A stretch of 64,000 nucleotides of DNA, taken from Promethearchaeota archaeon (GTDB taxonomy: Archaea; Asgardarchaeota; Lokiarchaeia; Sigyniarchaeales; SOKP01). Shown here in pieces: positions 1 to 9,571 of the stretch. Location of the stretch: the NCBI GenBank assembly GCA_030603385.1, contig JAUVXW010000002.1, positions 131,016 through 195,015 of the forward strand, in the 5' to 3' direction. Below the pieces are notes generated by a model that was not told the origin of the DNA, did not search any database, and was given only the letters and a program-made list of their open reading frames with translations. How positions within the stretch are numbered: the first letter of the stretch is position 1; each line of letters begins with the position of its first letter. The translations under genes and the position numbers were made by a program.

Positions 1-414
1 TAGGAACTTAATACTATTTAAGATATTTTTTTTTTCTGAAAGTGTATCTTGAAATTTCTCGAAAAAAATCTCAGCAATCCTTAAATACAACTCAGCAACT
101 TCATGTAATTTTGCCTGCAATTTATAGTCAATAATCTGTTTTTTATATAATTCTATGATTTGGTTATATAAATCAAGTGATTCTGAAAAATCAAGATCTT
201 CAATTATCACTGCTACAGAATATAAAAATTCTCCTGCATCAAAAAATTCCCCTGATTGGGCAATATTTTTAGAAAAATTAATTGATGCCGAGATTACTTC
301 TTTTATTGATTTATTCCGTTCTACTGGATCATCGATCCTTTTAATTTTAGACTCAGAAGCTCTGATTTTCTCTAAAAACTCTGCATAATCAATGAATTCT
401 TCTTCTTCGATAAT
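1..414 (-). CDS. Partial helical-repeat (TPR/alpha-SNAP-like) protein running off the window start; probable ATT start
   Basis: Not in the ORF track. Open frame from the TGA at 427-429 to base 1 reads IIEEEEFIDYAEFLEKIR...FFDAGEFLYSVAVIIEDLDFSESLDLYNQIIELYKKQ...LHEVAELYLRIAEIFFEKFQD. A GAGGAG SD lies just upstream and there is no ATG near the start. Confidence 0.65.
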   Translation of the reverse strand, partial: MIEEEEFIDYAEFLEKIRASESKIKRIDDPVERNKSIKEVISASINFSKNIAQSGEFFDAGEFLYSVAVIIEDLDFSESLDLYNQIIELYKKQIIDYKLQAKLHEVAELYLRIAEIFFEKFQDTLSEKKNILNSIKFL

Positions 415-607
415 CTTATGATCTCCTCAGAAAAAAATAACAACTATGTAGAGAAATTAAATTGAAAATAAAAAATTTAGTGATTTTGTGTCCTAAATTG
501 AAAATGCATCTTCATAAATTATGTAGTTAAGATTATAGGAGACATATTTTACTAAGGAAATAATGTTAAATATGATCGAGATTATAATATAAATAATTAA
601 AAAAAAG

Positions 608-823
608 GTGTTTGTTATAAAACAAATTTCAGAATTGTTAGATACCGGATTGTATGAGACATTTAGCCCCGAGAGATCTATGACTGTTGCAGATCTACTA
701 AAAGAATTAAATTTAGAAGGAAAATTCTTCGGAATATTAGTAGATGGCAAGAAAGCGGACCCAGAGACTAATATATCCCCCAAGTCGGAGGTTATAATAC
801 TTCCACACATCGCTGGCGGTTAA
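608..823 (+). CDS. ThiS/MoaD/SAMP-family ubiquitin-like sulfur carrier or modifier
   Basis: 71 aa beta-grasp pattern (TVADLLKELNL, ILVDG) with C-terminal IAGG. Confidence 0.85.
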   Translation: MFVIKQISELLDTGLYETFSPERSMTVADLLKELNLEGKFFGILVDGKKADPETNISPKSEVIILPHIAGG

Positions 824-888
824 TAATAAAGAAATAATTAGTTTTTTTGATTTTCTCTTTTTTTATAAATAGTGCTCTCTTGGATGAT

Positions 889-1010
889 TTATTTTAGTTC
901 AATTTTGAGTAGATCTTCAGCTAAAATAGTATTAGGAAATATTTCTTTTGCTTCTGCAAGAACTTTCGACGCATCTTCTTGGTGCTTGTAAAAATGCGTA
1001 GAAATGCAAG
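889..1010 (-). repeat. Degenerate direct-repeat copy of the 3' end of rnz
   Basis: 908-955 is identical over 48 bp to 1622-1669. The copy translates as ...THFYKHQEDASKVLAEAKEIFPNTILAEDLLKIELK*. Confidence 0.85.
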
Positions 1011-1043
1011 ATTTTAGTAAATAAAAATGTTTAAAAGAAATTC

Positions 1044-1361
1044 TTAATATGTATCAGGCATTAAACCCGACATTATGTCTCGCATAGCATCAACCATTAC
1101 TGCGTATCCAAAAATGAAGTAAAAAATTGTACCTACTATATAAATAACTATAGCTGTAATTGATTTCCATTTATGTTCTGTTTCGTTATATCCAAGAATT
1201 CCTAATATTAACCCTATTAACCCAGTACCGCTTACTGCAAATGTACCAAGAATAGCTATTTTTGGTAGTATTTCTTGGCTAGTTAAAATTGATAATATAG
1301 GGCTTACTAAGCTTAAAAGAGCCAAAATAAGAGCTATATCCGCATATTTTGATTTTTCCAT
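1044..1361 (-). CDS. Small 3-TM membrane protein of unknown function
   Basis: Three hydrophobic segments, with a GLILGILG motif. Confidence 0.7.
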   Translation of the reverse strand: MEKSKYADIALILALLSLVSPILSILTSQEILPKIAILGTFAVSGTGLIGLILGILGYNETEHKWKSITAIVIYIVGTIFYFIFGYAVMVDAMRDIMSGLMPDTY

Positions 1362-1602
1362 TTATTTTCAAATTAACTATTAGATTAATTAAAGAAATAT
1401 AAGATACATTAGTATTTATATTTAAAATCGTCTATAGAATATCTTTTTCTTGTATTTTACGTTAAAGAAGAAATCAATTAACAAAATTGCTATTTCCTTG
1501 TTACGAAAAAGAGATGAACTTGGTGGGACATTAGCTGGAGGATCTTAACATAAAAAAAAATTCTATTCTTCATTTTAAGTGTACTTAGATACCATCAGTT
1601 AA

Positions 1603-2589
1603 CTATTTTAGCTCAATTTTTAGTAGATCTTCAGCTAAAATAGTATTAGGAAATATTTCTTTTGCTTCTTCCAGAAGTTTTGATGCGTCATCTTGATACC
1701 TAGATGATATATGTGTAAGGATTAATTGTTTTGCATTCATTTGTTTAGCATCAAGTGCAGCATCAATAGAAGTTGAATGCTTCTTTTCTTGGGCAGTTTC
1801 TGCTAACTTTTTGGCAAAAGTTGCTTCATGAACTAAAATATCAGAGTCTTTTCCTAGCTCAATTATAGATTTGCCTGGTATTAAGTCTCCAGAATAGGTG
1901 ATTTTTCTTCCTGGTTTTTTTGGCCCAATTATCCCTTCTTTTATAGGATCAATCTTTTTTCCTTGATACTCAATAATTTCTCCTTCCTGTAATTTCTTCC
2001 AGAGATGACTTTCGGGAATCCCTAATGCTTTTGCCTTTTCAGGTTCAAATTTTCCAAAACGAGGTTTTTCAATGAATGCATAGGCATAAGTTATTACAGA
2101 ATGTTCAACCAAGGCATATTTTATTGTATAATATTTGGAGTCATAAATTATGTTATCTTGAATCTTGATTTTATTCTTAGGCTCTTCAGAATCTAATCCT
2201 TCAAATTCAATCAATTCCTTAGTTAAATGATCTATTTCATATATCTTAATTGGATAATTAGCTTTTAGACCAAGGATTTTTCTATGAAGAAGTAGATAAA
2301 GAAAAAGATTCCTCGGCCCAAACATCACAATCGGGGCGGTTCTATCATTTAAGCTTAATCGAAATAAAAATCCAGGCAATCCAATGATATGATCTCCATG
2401 AAAATGGGATATAAAAATCATTAAAGGTTTATTAAATTTTAATCCCGCTTCAGCAAATCGGCGTTGGAAGTCTTCACCACAATCAAATAAGAGAATTTTA
2501 TTTCGATACCTAATTGCAATTGAAGATAAATTGCGTTCTCTAGTAGGAGTAGCTGCGGAACTTCCTAAAATATGCAATGTGAGTTCCAT
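1603..2589 (-). CDS. rnz: Ribonuclease Z
   Basis: LGSSAATPT, FDCGE, SHFHGDH metallo-beta-lactamase motif, flexible arm, YSGD, HEAT, HST and THIS motifs. Confidence 0.95.
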   Translation of the reverse strand: MELTLHILGSSAATPTRERNLSSIAIRYRNKILLFDCGEDFQRRFAEAGLKFNKPLMIFISHFHGDHIIGLPGFLFRLSLNDRTAPIVMFGPRNLFLYLLLHRKILGLKANYPIKIYEIDHLTKELIEFEGLDSEEPKNKIKIQDNIIYDSKYYTIKYALVEHSVITYAYAFIEKPRFGKFEPEKAKALGIPESHLWKKLQEGEIIEYQGKKIDPIKEGIIGPKKPGRKITYSGDLIPGKSIIELGKDSDILVHEATFAKKLAETAQEKKHSTSIDAALDAKQMNAKQLILTHISSRYQDDASKLLEEAKEIFPNTILAEDLLKIELK

Positions 2590-2697
2590 AATTAGATTAA
2601 CCTATTAAAATATTTAAAATAACCTTCTCTTATTCAAAAATAACAAGAAAAATAGTCAATTTTCTGGTAACTAATCAGTAAAGGTTAGCAATAGTGC

Positions 2698-3978
2698 TTA
2701 TTTTTTTCGTAATTGCGCGAGTTCCATTCTTTGTTCAGTATTCTGTTTTTGTAAGTCATCAATAATACCTTTAAGTTCTCTCAATCTTAGTGCTAAATGA
2801 GGATTCTCTTGAGTTTGAGCTGGCGCTCGCAGAGTATGGCTTTCTATTTGTTTTTGTAAGTCATTAAATTTTTGATCTCTTGTTTTTAATTGGTTTTCCA
2901 ATTGTCTATATCTTTTTTTAATTTGCACTGCTTCGTTTTTTATTGTTTCGATTTCCCCCTCTTTAGCCTCTAATTGTTTCTGTAAAAATATAGCCATCTC
3001 TCTTTGCATTTTTAATTTTCCTTCAATTTCTTTTTGTGATTCACCTGTTTCTGATAAAGCACCAGTTTTGTATTTCTTAAGTTGTTCTTGGAGTGATTTT
3101 ACTTCCAATTTTGATTTATTCAATTTATTCTGTAATTCATCTTTTAATGTATGAATCATTTCTGATGATGCCATGTCAGCTTGATCTGAATCTGTGGTAA
3201 TTGTTCCTTTTTTCAAAGATTTTATTTCATTTTTCAATTTTTCAATTTCTACGTCTTTTTTATCTTTTTTTTTGCTTTTTTTCTCATATTTCGTAAGTTT
3301 TTGTTTTAAATCAAGTATTTGTCTCTTAGATTTGTTTAATTGTTTTTGAAGATCTTCAATTAATTTTTTCGTTATTGAATCACTACTTTCATTCTGGGAC
3401 GCAGAACTCAATTCATTTATTTTCTGGTTTAATTCATTGATTTCTGATTTGTAGATTTCAATTGTATTATCTTTTTCATTTAATTTTTCTTCAAATTCTT
3501 CCGCAACTTTGAGTTGATATTCTAATTTTTTTATGATTGCTTTCTGTTTGTTTACTTTATCCTGTAAATCTGCTACTAATGCATTTAGTGGAGGTTTTTC
3601 CCTTAAATCTTCTACTCTAATAACAGATGTTTTTTTATGTTTATTCTTAAATTTTTCAAACTCCTGTTGGAGTTGAGTATAGTCTTTTCTTAATATGCCC
3701 ATACTATTCTTTAGATCACGGATATATTTATCTTTCTCTCCAAGTTCATATGCAAATCTAGATTCTGCAGCTTGTATTTTTTTACTTTTGGATTTAGCTC
3801 CTTCTTCTAATTCTTTTATAGCTTCTAATTCCATAATTTTATCTTCGCGTTCTTCGATGATATCTTCAAGTTGGTCGATTTCATTATCTGTTTTCTCTAA
3901 TTTTAACTCTAGTTCTCCGATTTTTTTTTCTAATTCTCTGATTTTATCTTTTAATGCAGCTTCTGACATATTGAACAA
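2698..3978 (-). CDS. Long coiled-coil protein
   Basis: 426 aa, K/E/L/Q-rich heptads with no globular motif. Confidence 0.75.
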   Translation of the reverse strand: MFNMSEAALKDKIRELEKKIGELELKLEKTDNEIDQLEDIIEEREDKIMELEAIKELEEGAKSKSKKIQAAESRFAYELGEKDKYIRDLKNSMGILRKDYTQLQQEFEKFKNKHKKTSVIRVEDLREKPPLNALVADLQDKVNKQKAIIKKLEYQLKVAEEFEEKLNEKDNTIEIYKSEINELNQKINELSSASQNESSDSITKKLIEDLQKQLNKSKRQILDLKQKLTKYEKKSKKKDKKDVEIEKLKNEIKSLKKGTITTDSDQADMASSEMIHTLKDELQNKLNKSKLEVKSLQEQLKKYKTGALSETGESQKEIEGKLKMQREMAIFLQKQLEAKEGEIETIKNEAVQIKKRYRQLENQLKTRDQKFNDLQKQIESHTLRAPAQTQENPHLALRLRELKGIIDDLQKQNTEQRMELAQLRKK

Positions 3979-4067
3979 TCATCTATTAATTAATTTATTA
4001 ATAAAATTATAGATTTTAAAATTTAACTCATTATTTTTAATAATATCTCACAATAAGTTAAAAATCC

Positions 4068-5981
4068 TTAATATATTTCAAAATCCTTAATCGAAAACTT
4101 ATTGATTTTTCTCATGATAGGGAATAAGCTTAGAAAATTAAAAAAAGTAAAAGTAACTAACAGTATAGCAAAAACAGTAAATGGAATGTATAATGGGGGC
4201 AAATATACGCGACCAAAGATAACAATTGAATTTAGAATCATACCTATACTAAAACTTATTAAAAGTGAAGGAATGATAACAAAAGTAGATTCCAAGAAAA
4301 GAATTCTTTTTAATGCTTTGTTCCTAGAGCCCAAAGCTCTCATAATTAAGAAATCTCTTGCTTTTTCCATTATTCCACTTTTTTGATAATTATAAAGGGA
4401 TAAGATCCCAAGAATTGCTATAATAATCATTAAAAACATTGGGTATAATGATAAATTTAATAAGAAATTCAGATTCTTTTTAAATACTCCATCCAGTTTC
4501 ATATGAGCAAAGTCAGTTCCCAAATTAGATTCAATAAAGATTTCTAAATCTGTTTTTATGTTGTTATACGACCCACTTTTCAATTTTAATAAAACAAGAT
4601 TAATTGCCTGATTTGAGAATAATAATTTATTCTGAAAAGACTCTAAACTTATATAACCCGCATATCCATTATAAAAACTATCAATAACTACTCCAGTTAT
4701 CTCAAATTCATGAGATTCATTGCCTATATTTTTGATTTTAAGATTTTGTATTAATGCTTTATCAAAATAATTATAAGCTAAACCATCCCCTACAATCATC
4801 TCATAATCAAGGGTAGAATAATTTCCTTCAATCTCAAAATTTTGGATCATCTTACTCAGATTTACTCCAATAATAGGAATATTTTCTGTCCTATGTTTTC
4901 CATAAGTTATATATTCCCCATCAACAATAACAATTTTGCTCATTTCTTCTATATCACAGAAGTTTATTAATCTCTCATCAACTTTTTCGATATCGCCTAC
5001 AGTTTCTTTAATATTGCTCACATTGTTGATACTAAATAAGTATTTTGAATCTGTAAAATTAATATCTGTATGGTTAATAACAATTCTTGGATTTGAGAAC
5101 ATCTCATACATCAGTGAATAATTTTGGATCACATCTTCATGACCGATTATTACAATATTTTCACCTTGCGCCTTACGAATCCACTCCTCCGATGATGTTC
5201 TTAAAACGATTGTACCTAATCCAAGTGTGAATATTATTAAACAAATTAATGAAAACACTATAATATATCTTTTAAACTCACCCTTTCTTCTTAAAGTATT
5301 AATTATTGACAATTTGATATTAATTCCTAATGAAGAAAGCCATTTTGGGATGAACTGAATTTTTTTTGAAGCATCGTAATCATGAGGAATATCTTTAGAA
5401 AATGTTTTTATTATTTTTTCTTTCCCTATTCTTCTTAAGGCATACCCTGATACAAAAAATATCCCAAAAATACAAGAAACAAATAGTATTGAAGTAAATA
5501 TAACATCTATTTGAAACTCAATAGAAAAATAGAAAGAATTCATTATTAAACTAAATATTCCAAAGGAAAGAACTCCACACATTATACCAAAGAAGAACCC
5601 AATGAAAAAAATGATATAAACCTCGAGAAGATAAAAACTATAAAGCTTACGGGGTAATGTACCTAAAGCTTTCATTATTCCAATATCCTTTTTTTTATTA
5701 ATAATATGAGTAGTAGAAATCGCGACTACTATAAAAACAGCCAATATCATTAATAAAATCTGGATTATTGTAATGAACTGTTTATAAACAATACTAATAC
5801 TCCCTGAGAAGAAAAATTCATTTGAAAAATCGGACTGAATAAATACATTTAAACCCAAAGAAGATGTAAAGTAAATTAAGAATTCTGTTATGGCTACAAC
5901 TAAAGTAATGATTATTAAATAAGGAATTGTTTGGTTCTTTTTACGATAAAAATCCTTTAGGGCAAAATCAAAAGATGACAT
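4068..5981 (-). CDS. FtsX/MacB-like ABC transporter permease
   Basis: Two repeats of the IGIMKALG / FLIMRALG motif with TM blocks; adjacent to an ABC ATPase. Confidence 0.85.
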   Translation of the reverse strand: MSSFDFALKDFYRKKNQTIPYLIIITLVVAITEFLIYFTSSLGLNVFIQSDFSNEFFFSGSISIVYKQFITIIQILLMILAVFIVVAISTTHIINKKKDIGIMKALGTLPRKLYSFYLLEVYIIFFIGFFFGIMCGVLSFGIFSLIMNSFYFSIEFQIDVIFTSILFVSCIFGIFFVSGYALRRIGKEKIIKTFSKDIPHDYDASKKIQFIPKWLSSLGINIKLSIINTLRRKGEFKRYIIVFSLICLIIFTLGLGTIVLRTSSEEWIRKAQGENIVIIGHEDVIQNYSLMYEMFSNPRIVINHTDINFTDSKYLFSINNVSNIKETVGDIEKVDERLINFCDIEEMSKIVIVDGEYITYGKHRTENIPIIGVNLSKMIQNFEIEGNYSTLDYEMIVGDGLAYNYFDKALIQNLKIKNIGNESHEFEITGVVIDSFYNGYAGYISLESFQNKLLFSNQAINLVLLKLKSGSYNNIKTDLEIFIESNLGTDFAHMKLDGVFKKNLNFLLNLSLYPMFLMIIIAILGILSLYNYQKSGIMEKARDFLIMRALGSRNKALKRILFLESTFVIIPSLLISFSIGMILNSIVIFGRVYLPPLYIPFTVFAILLVTFTFFNFLSLFPIMRKINKFSIKDFEIY

Positions 5982-6003
5982 ATCAGACTTTAAAATTTGT
6001 TTT

Positions 6004-6762
6004 TTAATTTGGTTGTTGTTTTTCTTCTACTATTTTCCCCTCATCAAATGAAATTATACGATCTGCCAATGCTATTAAGTCATCATCATGAGTAGCAATA
6101 ATTATGGTTTTTTCGCTTGATTTTAATTCTTTAAAAAGATCTCTAATAAAGAGACTGGTCTTTTTATCCAGATTAGCAGTTGGTTCATCAGCTAAAATGA
6201 TTGGAGGATTATTTGCCAACGCTCTAGCGATAGCAACTCTTTGTTGTTCACCAGCAGATAACTGAAATGGCAAATGTTCTCTTCTATCACCTAATCTCAT
6301 TTTTTTTAACAGTTTTACAGCATGACTTCTCTGTTCTTCAAATTTCATACCAGAGAGATTCATAGGGAACATTATGTTTTCTTCGGCTGTAAGAGTACTG
6401 ATTAGATTATAATTTTGAAATATAAATCCCGAATTTATTAAACGAAATAAAGCTAAAGATTCTTGATCCATATCAGTAATTTTGACTCCTTGGTTATAAA
6501 TTGTTCCTGAATTAGGAGAATCCAAACCACCTATTAAATTTAATAATGTGGTCTTACCAGCACCACTCGGACCTTCAATAACAACAAATTCACCATCATT
6601 TACGTCTAATGATACATTATCAACTGCCTTTACAATAAAATCTCCAATTTCATAATTTTTAACAAGATTTTTGCAAAAAATTAATATACCTTGTTCAGTA
6701 AGTTCCTTTGCCAAATTAATTTTATCTAATTCTTGATATTCTTCAACGGAATTTTCCTTCAT
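6004..6762 (-). CDS. ABC transporter ATP-binding protein (LolD/MacB type)
   Basis: GPSGAGKT, LSAGEQQRVAIARAL, ILADEPT and THD motifs. Confidence 0.95.
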   Translation of the reverse strand: MKENSVEEYQELDKINLAKELTEQGILIFCKNLVKNYEIGDFIVKAVDNVSLDVNDGEFVVIEGPSGAGKTTLLNLIGGLDSPNSGTIYNQGVKITDMDQESLALFRLINSGFIFQNYNLISTLTAEENIMFPMNLSGMKFEEQRSHAVKLLKKMRLGDRREHLPFQLSAGEQQRVAIARALANNPPIILADEPTANLDKKTSLFIRDLFKELKSSEKTIIIATHDDDLIALADRIISFDEGKIVEEKQQPN

Positions 6763-6953
6763 TTTTAATTCAACGCTATTTTGTTCTACTCGTAAGTTTA
6801 TTCACGAATCTGTTAACATTAATCTTGTTACTCTTAGATGTTTGATGAAAATGACGAATAATTTAAAATTCTATGTAAAGAATTAATATTGTATTTTAAT
6901 AATTTATGTTAGATTTTAAAATAAATTTAAATATTAAAGTATCATAATATTCT

Positions 6954-7107
6954 TGAGGGAGATTGAGAAACTAAAAAATATCCCCTATACATGTGTGAAT
7001 TCCACTAAATGTGAGGAAATTTCCTAATTAAAATGGTAACTAAATAAATTTTGTTGTGAAATCTTAAACTTCCTTTTTAAGATTTTAATTTTTTCTCATC
7101 TCCCTCA
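6954..7107 (+). ncRNA. Candidate structured non-coding RNA or leader
   Basis: TGAGGGAGATTGAGAAA (6954-6970) pairs with TTTCTCATCTCCCTCA (7092-7107). Inner hairpin AAATCTTAAA/TTTAAGATTT. TATA-like TTTAAATA at 6926-6933. Confidence 0.4.
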
Positions 7108-7243
7108 TTCTAGTTCTTAAATTATCGCATTCATTAGAGATTGACCCTTACTATCTTTTTTATAAAATAAACTTTAAAGGATTTATTTAATTACAAATTA
7201 TAATTTTATTAGGGAATATTAATAATTAAAAGTGTAGATCTTT

Positions 7244-7876
7244 ATGGATTTTGAAAAATTAACTGAACTAGTAATTGAATTAGAAGTTGACGATATTGCT
7301 GACGCTGTAAAAGAAGCATTAGGTGAGGATAAAGATCCTTTTGATATATTAAACGCTTTAACGAAGGGAATGGATGAAGTTGGACATCGATATGAGGAAA
7401 AAGAATACTATTTAACTGAACTTGTGCTAGCTGGTGAAACCATGAAAGAAGCATTTGCTATTTTACAGCCTGCGTTAGCCGCAGCAGATACATCTTCAGA
7501 AAAAGTAAAAGTAATTCTAGCTACTGTTAAGGGAGATAACCATGATATTGGAAAAAATATTCTTGGCTCTCTCCTATTAAGTTCTGGGTTTGAACTTCAT
7601 GATTTAGGTATGGATGTGGATGAAAACACAATTGTAGAAAAAGTTAAAGAAATAGGTACATCTATTATAGCATTAAGTTCATTACTTACAATGACGGTAG
7701 AACAAATTAAAGTCGTTCACGAAGCTTTAATAACTGCTGGTCTTCGAGATAGTGTTAAATTAATAGTCGGAGGTGCTCCTTTAAATGAGGAACTTGCTAA
7801 AAAACTTGGAGCAGATGATTTTGCTGATGACGCAGTAGATGGAGTGAGGCATATCAAAGAATTAGCTAAAAAGTAA
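7244..7876 (+). CDS. Corrinoid (B12-binding) methyltransferase cognate protein
   Basis: Cap domain plus GDNHDIG (DxHxxG), SSLLT and VGGAP motifs. Confidence 0.92.
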   Translation: MDFEKLTELVIELEVDDIADAVKEALGEDKDPFDILNALTKGMDEVGHRYEEKEYYLTELVLAGETMKEAFAILQPALAAADTSSEKVKVILATVKGDNHDIGKNILGSLLLSSGFELHDLGMDVDENTIVEKVKEIGTSIIALSSLLTMTVEQIKVVHEALITAGLRDSVKLIVGGAPLNEELAKKLGADDFADDAVDGVRHIKELAKK

Positions 7877-8112
7877 AAAAATTACTAAAAAGCTATTTTT
7901 ATTTTAATCATAATCTTACTTTTTTTAGATTGTTTTGATTATTGATTTATAGATTATAAGTTCCTTTTTTTAACTATTTTATATCTGTTTTATGTTTATT
8001 ATTGAATTTGATTAAATTATAATGAGAATATTTATACTTCTTAGTATTCGTTTATGTCCTAAGAACCAATAAAATAAAACGAGTAGTATAAAATTATATG
8101 GAGGATTAAATT

Positions 8113-8358
8113 TTGACTGAAAATGAAATTAAATATGATAGTTCCCTCGACACTAGAGGGCTTTTCTGCCCGGAACCTTTATTTGAAGTTAGGAATTTAA
8201 GTGAGACTCTTGAAATTGGACAATGCTTTAAAGTACTCGCAGATGATCCCGCTGCTGAAGAAGATTTAAAGAGATGGGCTAAGAGGACAGATACTAAATT
8301 AGTTGAATTCCTTAAGGATGGCGATGATTTAGTATTCTATTTTAAGAAAATGAAATGA
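8113..8358 (+). CDS. tusA: TusA/SirA sulfurtransferase
   Basis: LDTRGLFCPEP and DDPAAEEDL motifs; TTG start with GGAGG SD. Confidence 0.9.
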   Translation: MTENEIKYDSSLDTRGLFCPEPLFEVRNLSETLEIGQCFKVLADDPAAEEDLKRWAKRTDTKLVEFLKDGDDLVFYFKKMK

Positions 8359-8377
8359 AAAAAGAGAGGATAAAAGG

Positions 8378-9571
8378 ATGAGTGTTTATTTAGATCATCA
8401 AGCAGCGAAGCCTGTCGATTCTAGGGTTATTTCAGAGATGACAATTTATTTAAATCAAAAATTTGCTAACCCAGCATCACTGCATTGTGATGGGGACGAA
8501 GCTACTGATGCATTAAGCGAATTTCGACGTAAGGTTGCCGATTTTATTAACGCCCCAGATCCAGACTCTATAATTTTCACATCCGGAGCAACTGAGTCTA
8601 ATAATCTTGCTTTAATCGGGGCTGCAATGAGAAATAAAAAGAAAGGGAATCATATAATAATTTCAGAGATAGAACATATTTCGATTTTAAATATTGCTAA
8701 GTATTTGGAACGGCAAGGTTTTGAAGTTAGTAGAGTTCCAGTAGATCAATACGGAATTGTAAGACTCGACAAGCTTGAACGGTTAATTACTGATAAAACA
8801 ATACTAGTCTCGATTTCTATGGCAAGCAATGAAGTTGGATCCATTCAACCTATTAAAAAAATTAGTGATCTCGCAGTTAAGCATAAAATATTATTTCATA
8901 CTGATGCTGTTGCTAGTGAAAGTGTTATGCCAATCGATGTTCAACAAATTCCAGTTGATATGTTAACATTATCTTCAAACGATATTTATGGACCAAGAGG
9001 AGTCGGTGCTTTATACTTGAAAAAAGGTGTACGAGTAAATCCAATCATAATTGGTGGAGGTCAGGAAAGAGGTTTTAGATCTGGTTCAGAGAACATACCA
9101 GGTATAGTTGGATTTGGAAAAGCTGCTGAGATAATGAAAGCAGAAATAAATGAAGAAGCGGCTAGACTAAAAGTTTTAAGGGATAAATTAATTAAAGGGA
9201 TATTAGAAACAATTCCAAAGTCGTACTTAAATGGTCATCCAGAAAAGAGACTTCCTCATAATGCTCATTTTAGATTTGACTATATTGAGGGTGAATCGTT
9301 AATTTTAGGTTTAAAAGATGAGAAAATTGCGGCTGCGACAGGATCTGCGTGTTCATCAAAAACTCTAGAGCCTTCTCATACATTAATTGCCATGGGGTTG
9401 TTGCATCAAGAAGCTCATGGAAGCTTAATGATTACTTTTGGTCGAGATACGAAAGAAGAACATGTTAATAAATTATTAGATAAACTGCCAGTTATTGTAA
9501 AAAGATTAAGATTATTATCTCCCCTAACTCCTCCTGATTTAATAAAAAAAAATAATGAGGTGAATGAATAG
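8378..9571 (+). CDS. iscS: Cysteine desulfurase (group I, IscS/NifS family)
   Basis: FTSGATESNN, HTDA, GGGQERG and ATGSACSS (catalytic Cys). The PLP-lysine motif reads SSNDIYGPRG instead of SxHKxYGPKG. Confidence 0.85.
   Translation: MSVYLDHQAAKPVDSRVISEMTIYLNQKFANPASLHCDGDEATDALSEFRRKVADFINAPDPDSIIFTSGATESNNLALIGAAMRNKKKGNHIIISEIEHISILNIAKYLERQGFEVSRVPVDQYGIVRLDKLERLITDKTILVSISMASNEVGSIQPIKKISDLAVKHKILFHTDAVASESVMPIDVQQIPVDMLTLSSNDIYGPRGVGALYLKKGVRVNPIIIGGGQERGFRSGSENIPGIVGFGKAAEIMKAEINEEAARLKVLRDKLIKGILETIPKSYLNGHPEKRLPHNAHFRFDYIEGESLILGLKDEKIAAATGSACSSKTLEPSHTLIAMGLLHQEAHGSLMITFGRDTKEEHVNKLLDKLPVIVKRLRLLSPLTPPDLIKKNNEVNE

Noticed and set aside
1450-1548. Short plus-strand frame ending LRKRDELGGTLAGGS
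   Set aside because: About 32 codons with no convincing start or homology; at most a decayed remnant.
889-1730. DGR template/variable repeat pair
   Set aside because: Mismatches are not adenine-specific, there is no reverse transcriptase, and the target would be a housekeeping gene.
6954-7107. Cobalamin riboswitch
   Set aside because: No recognisable B12 box or conserved core; kept only as a generic structured element.
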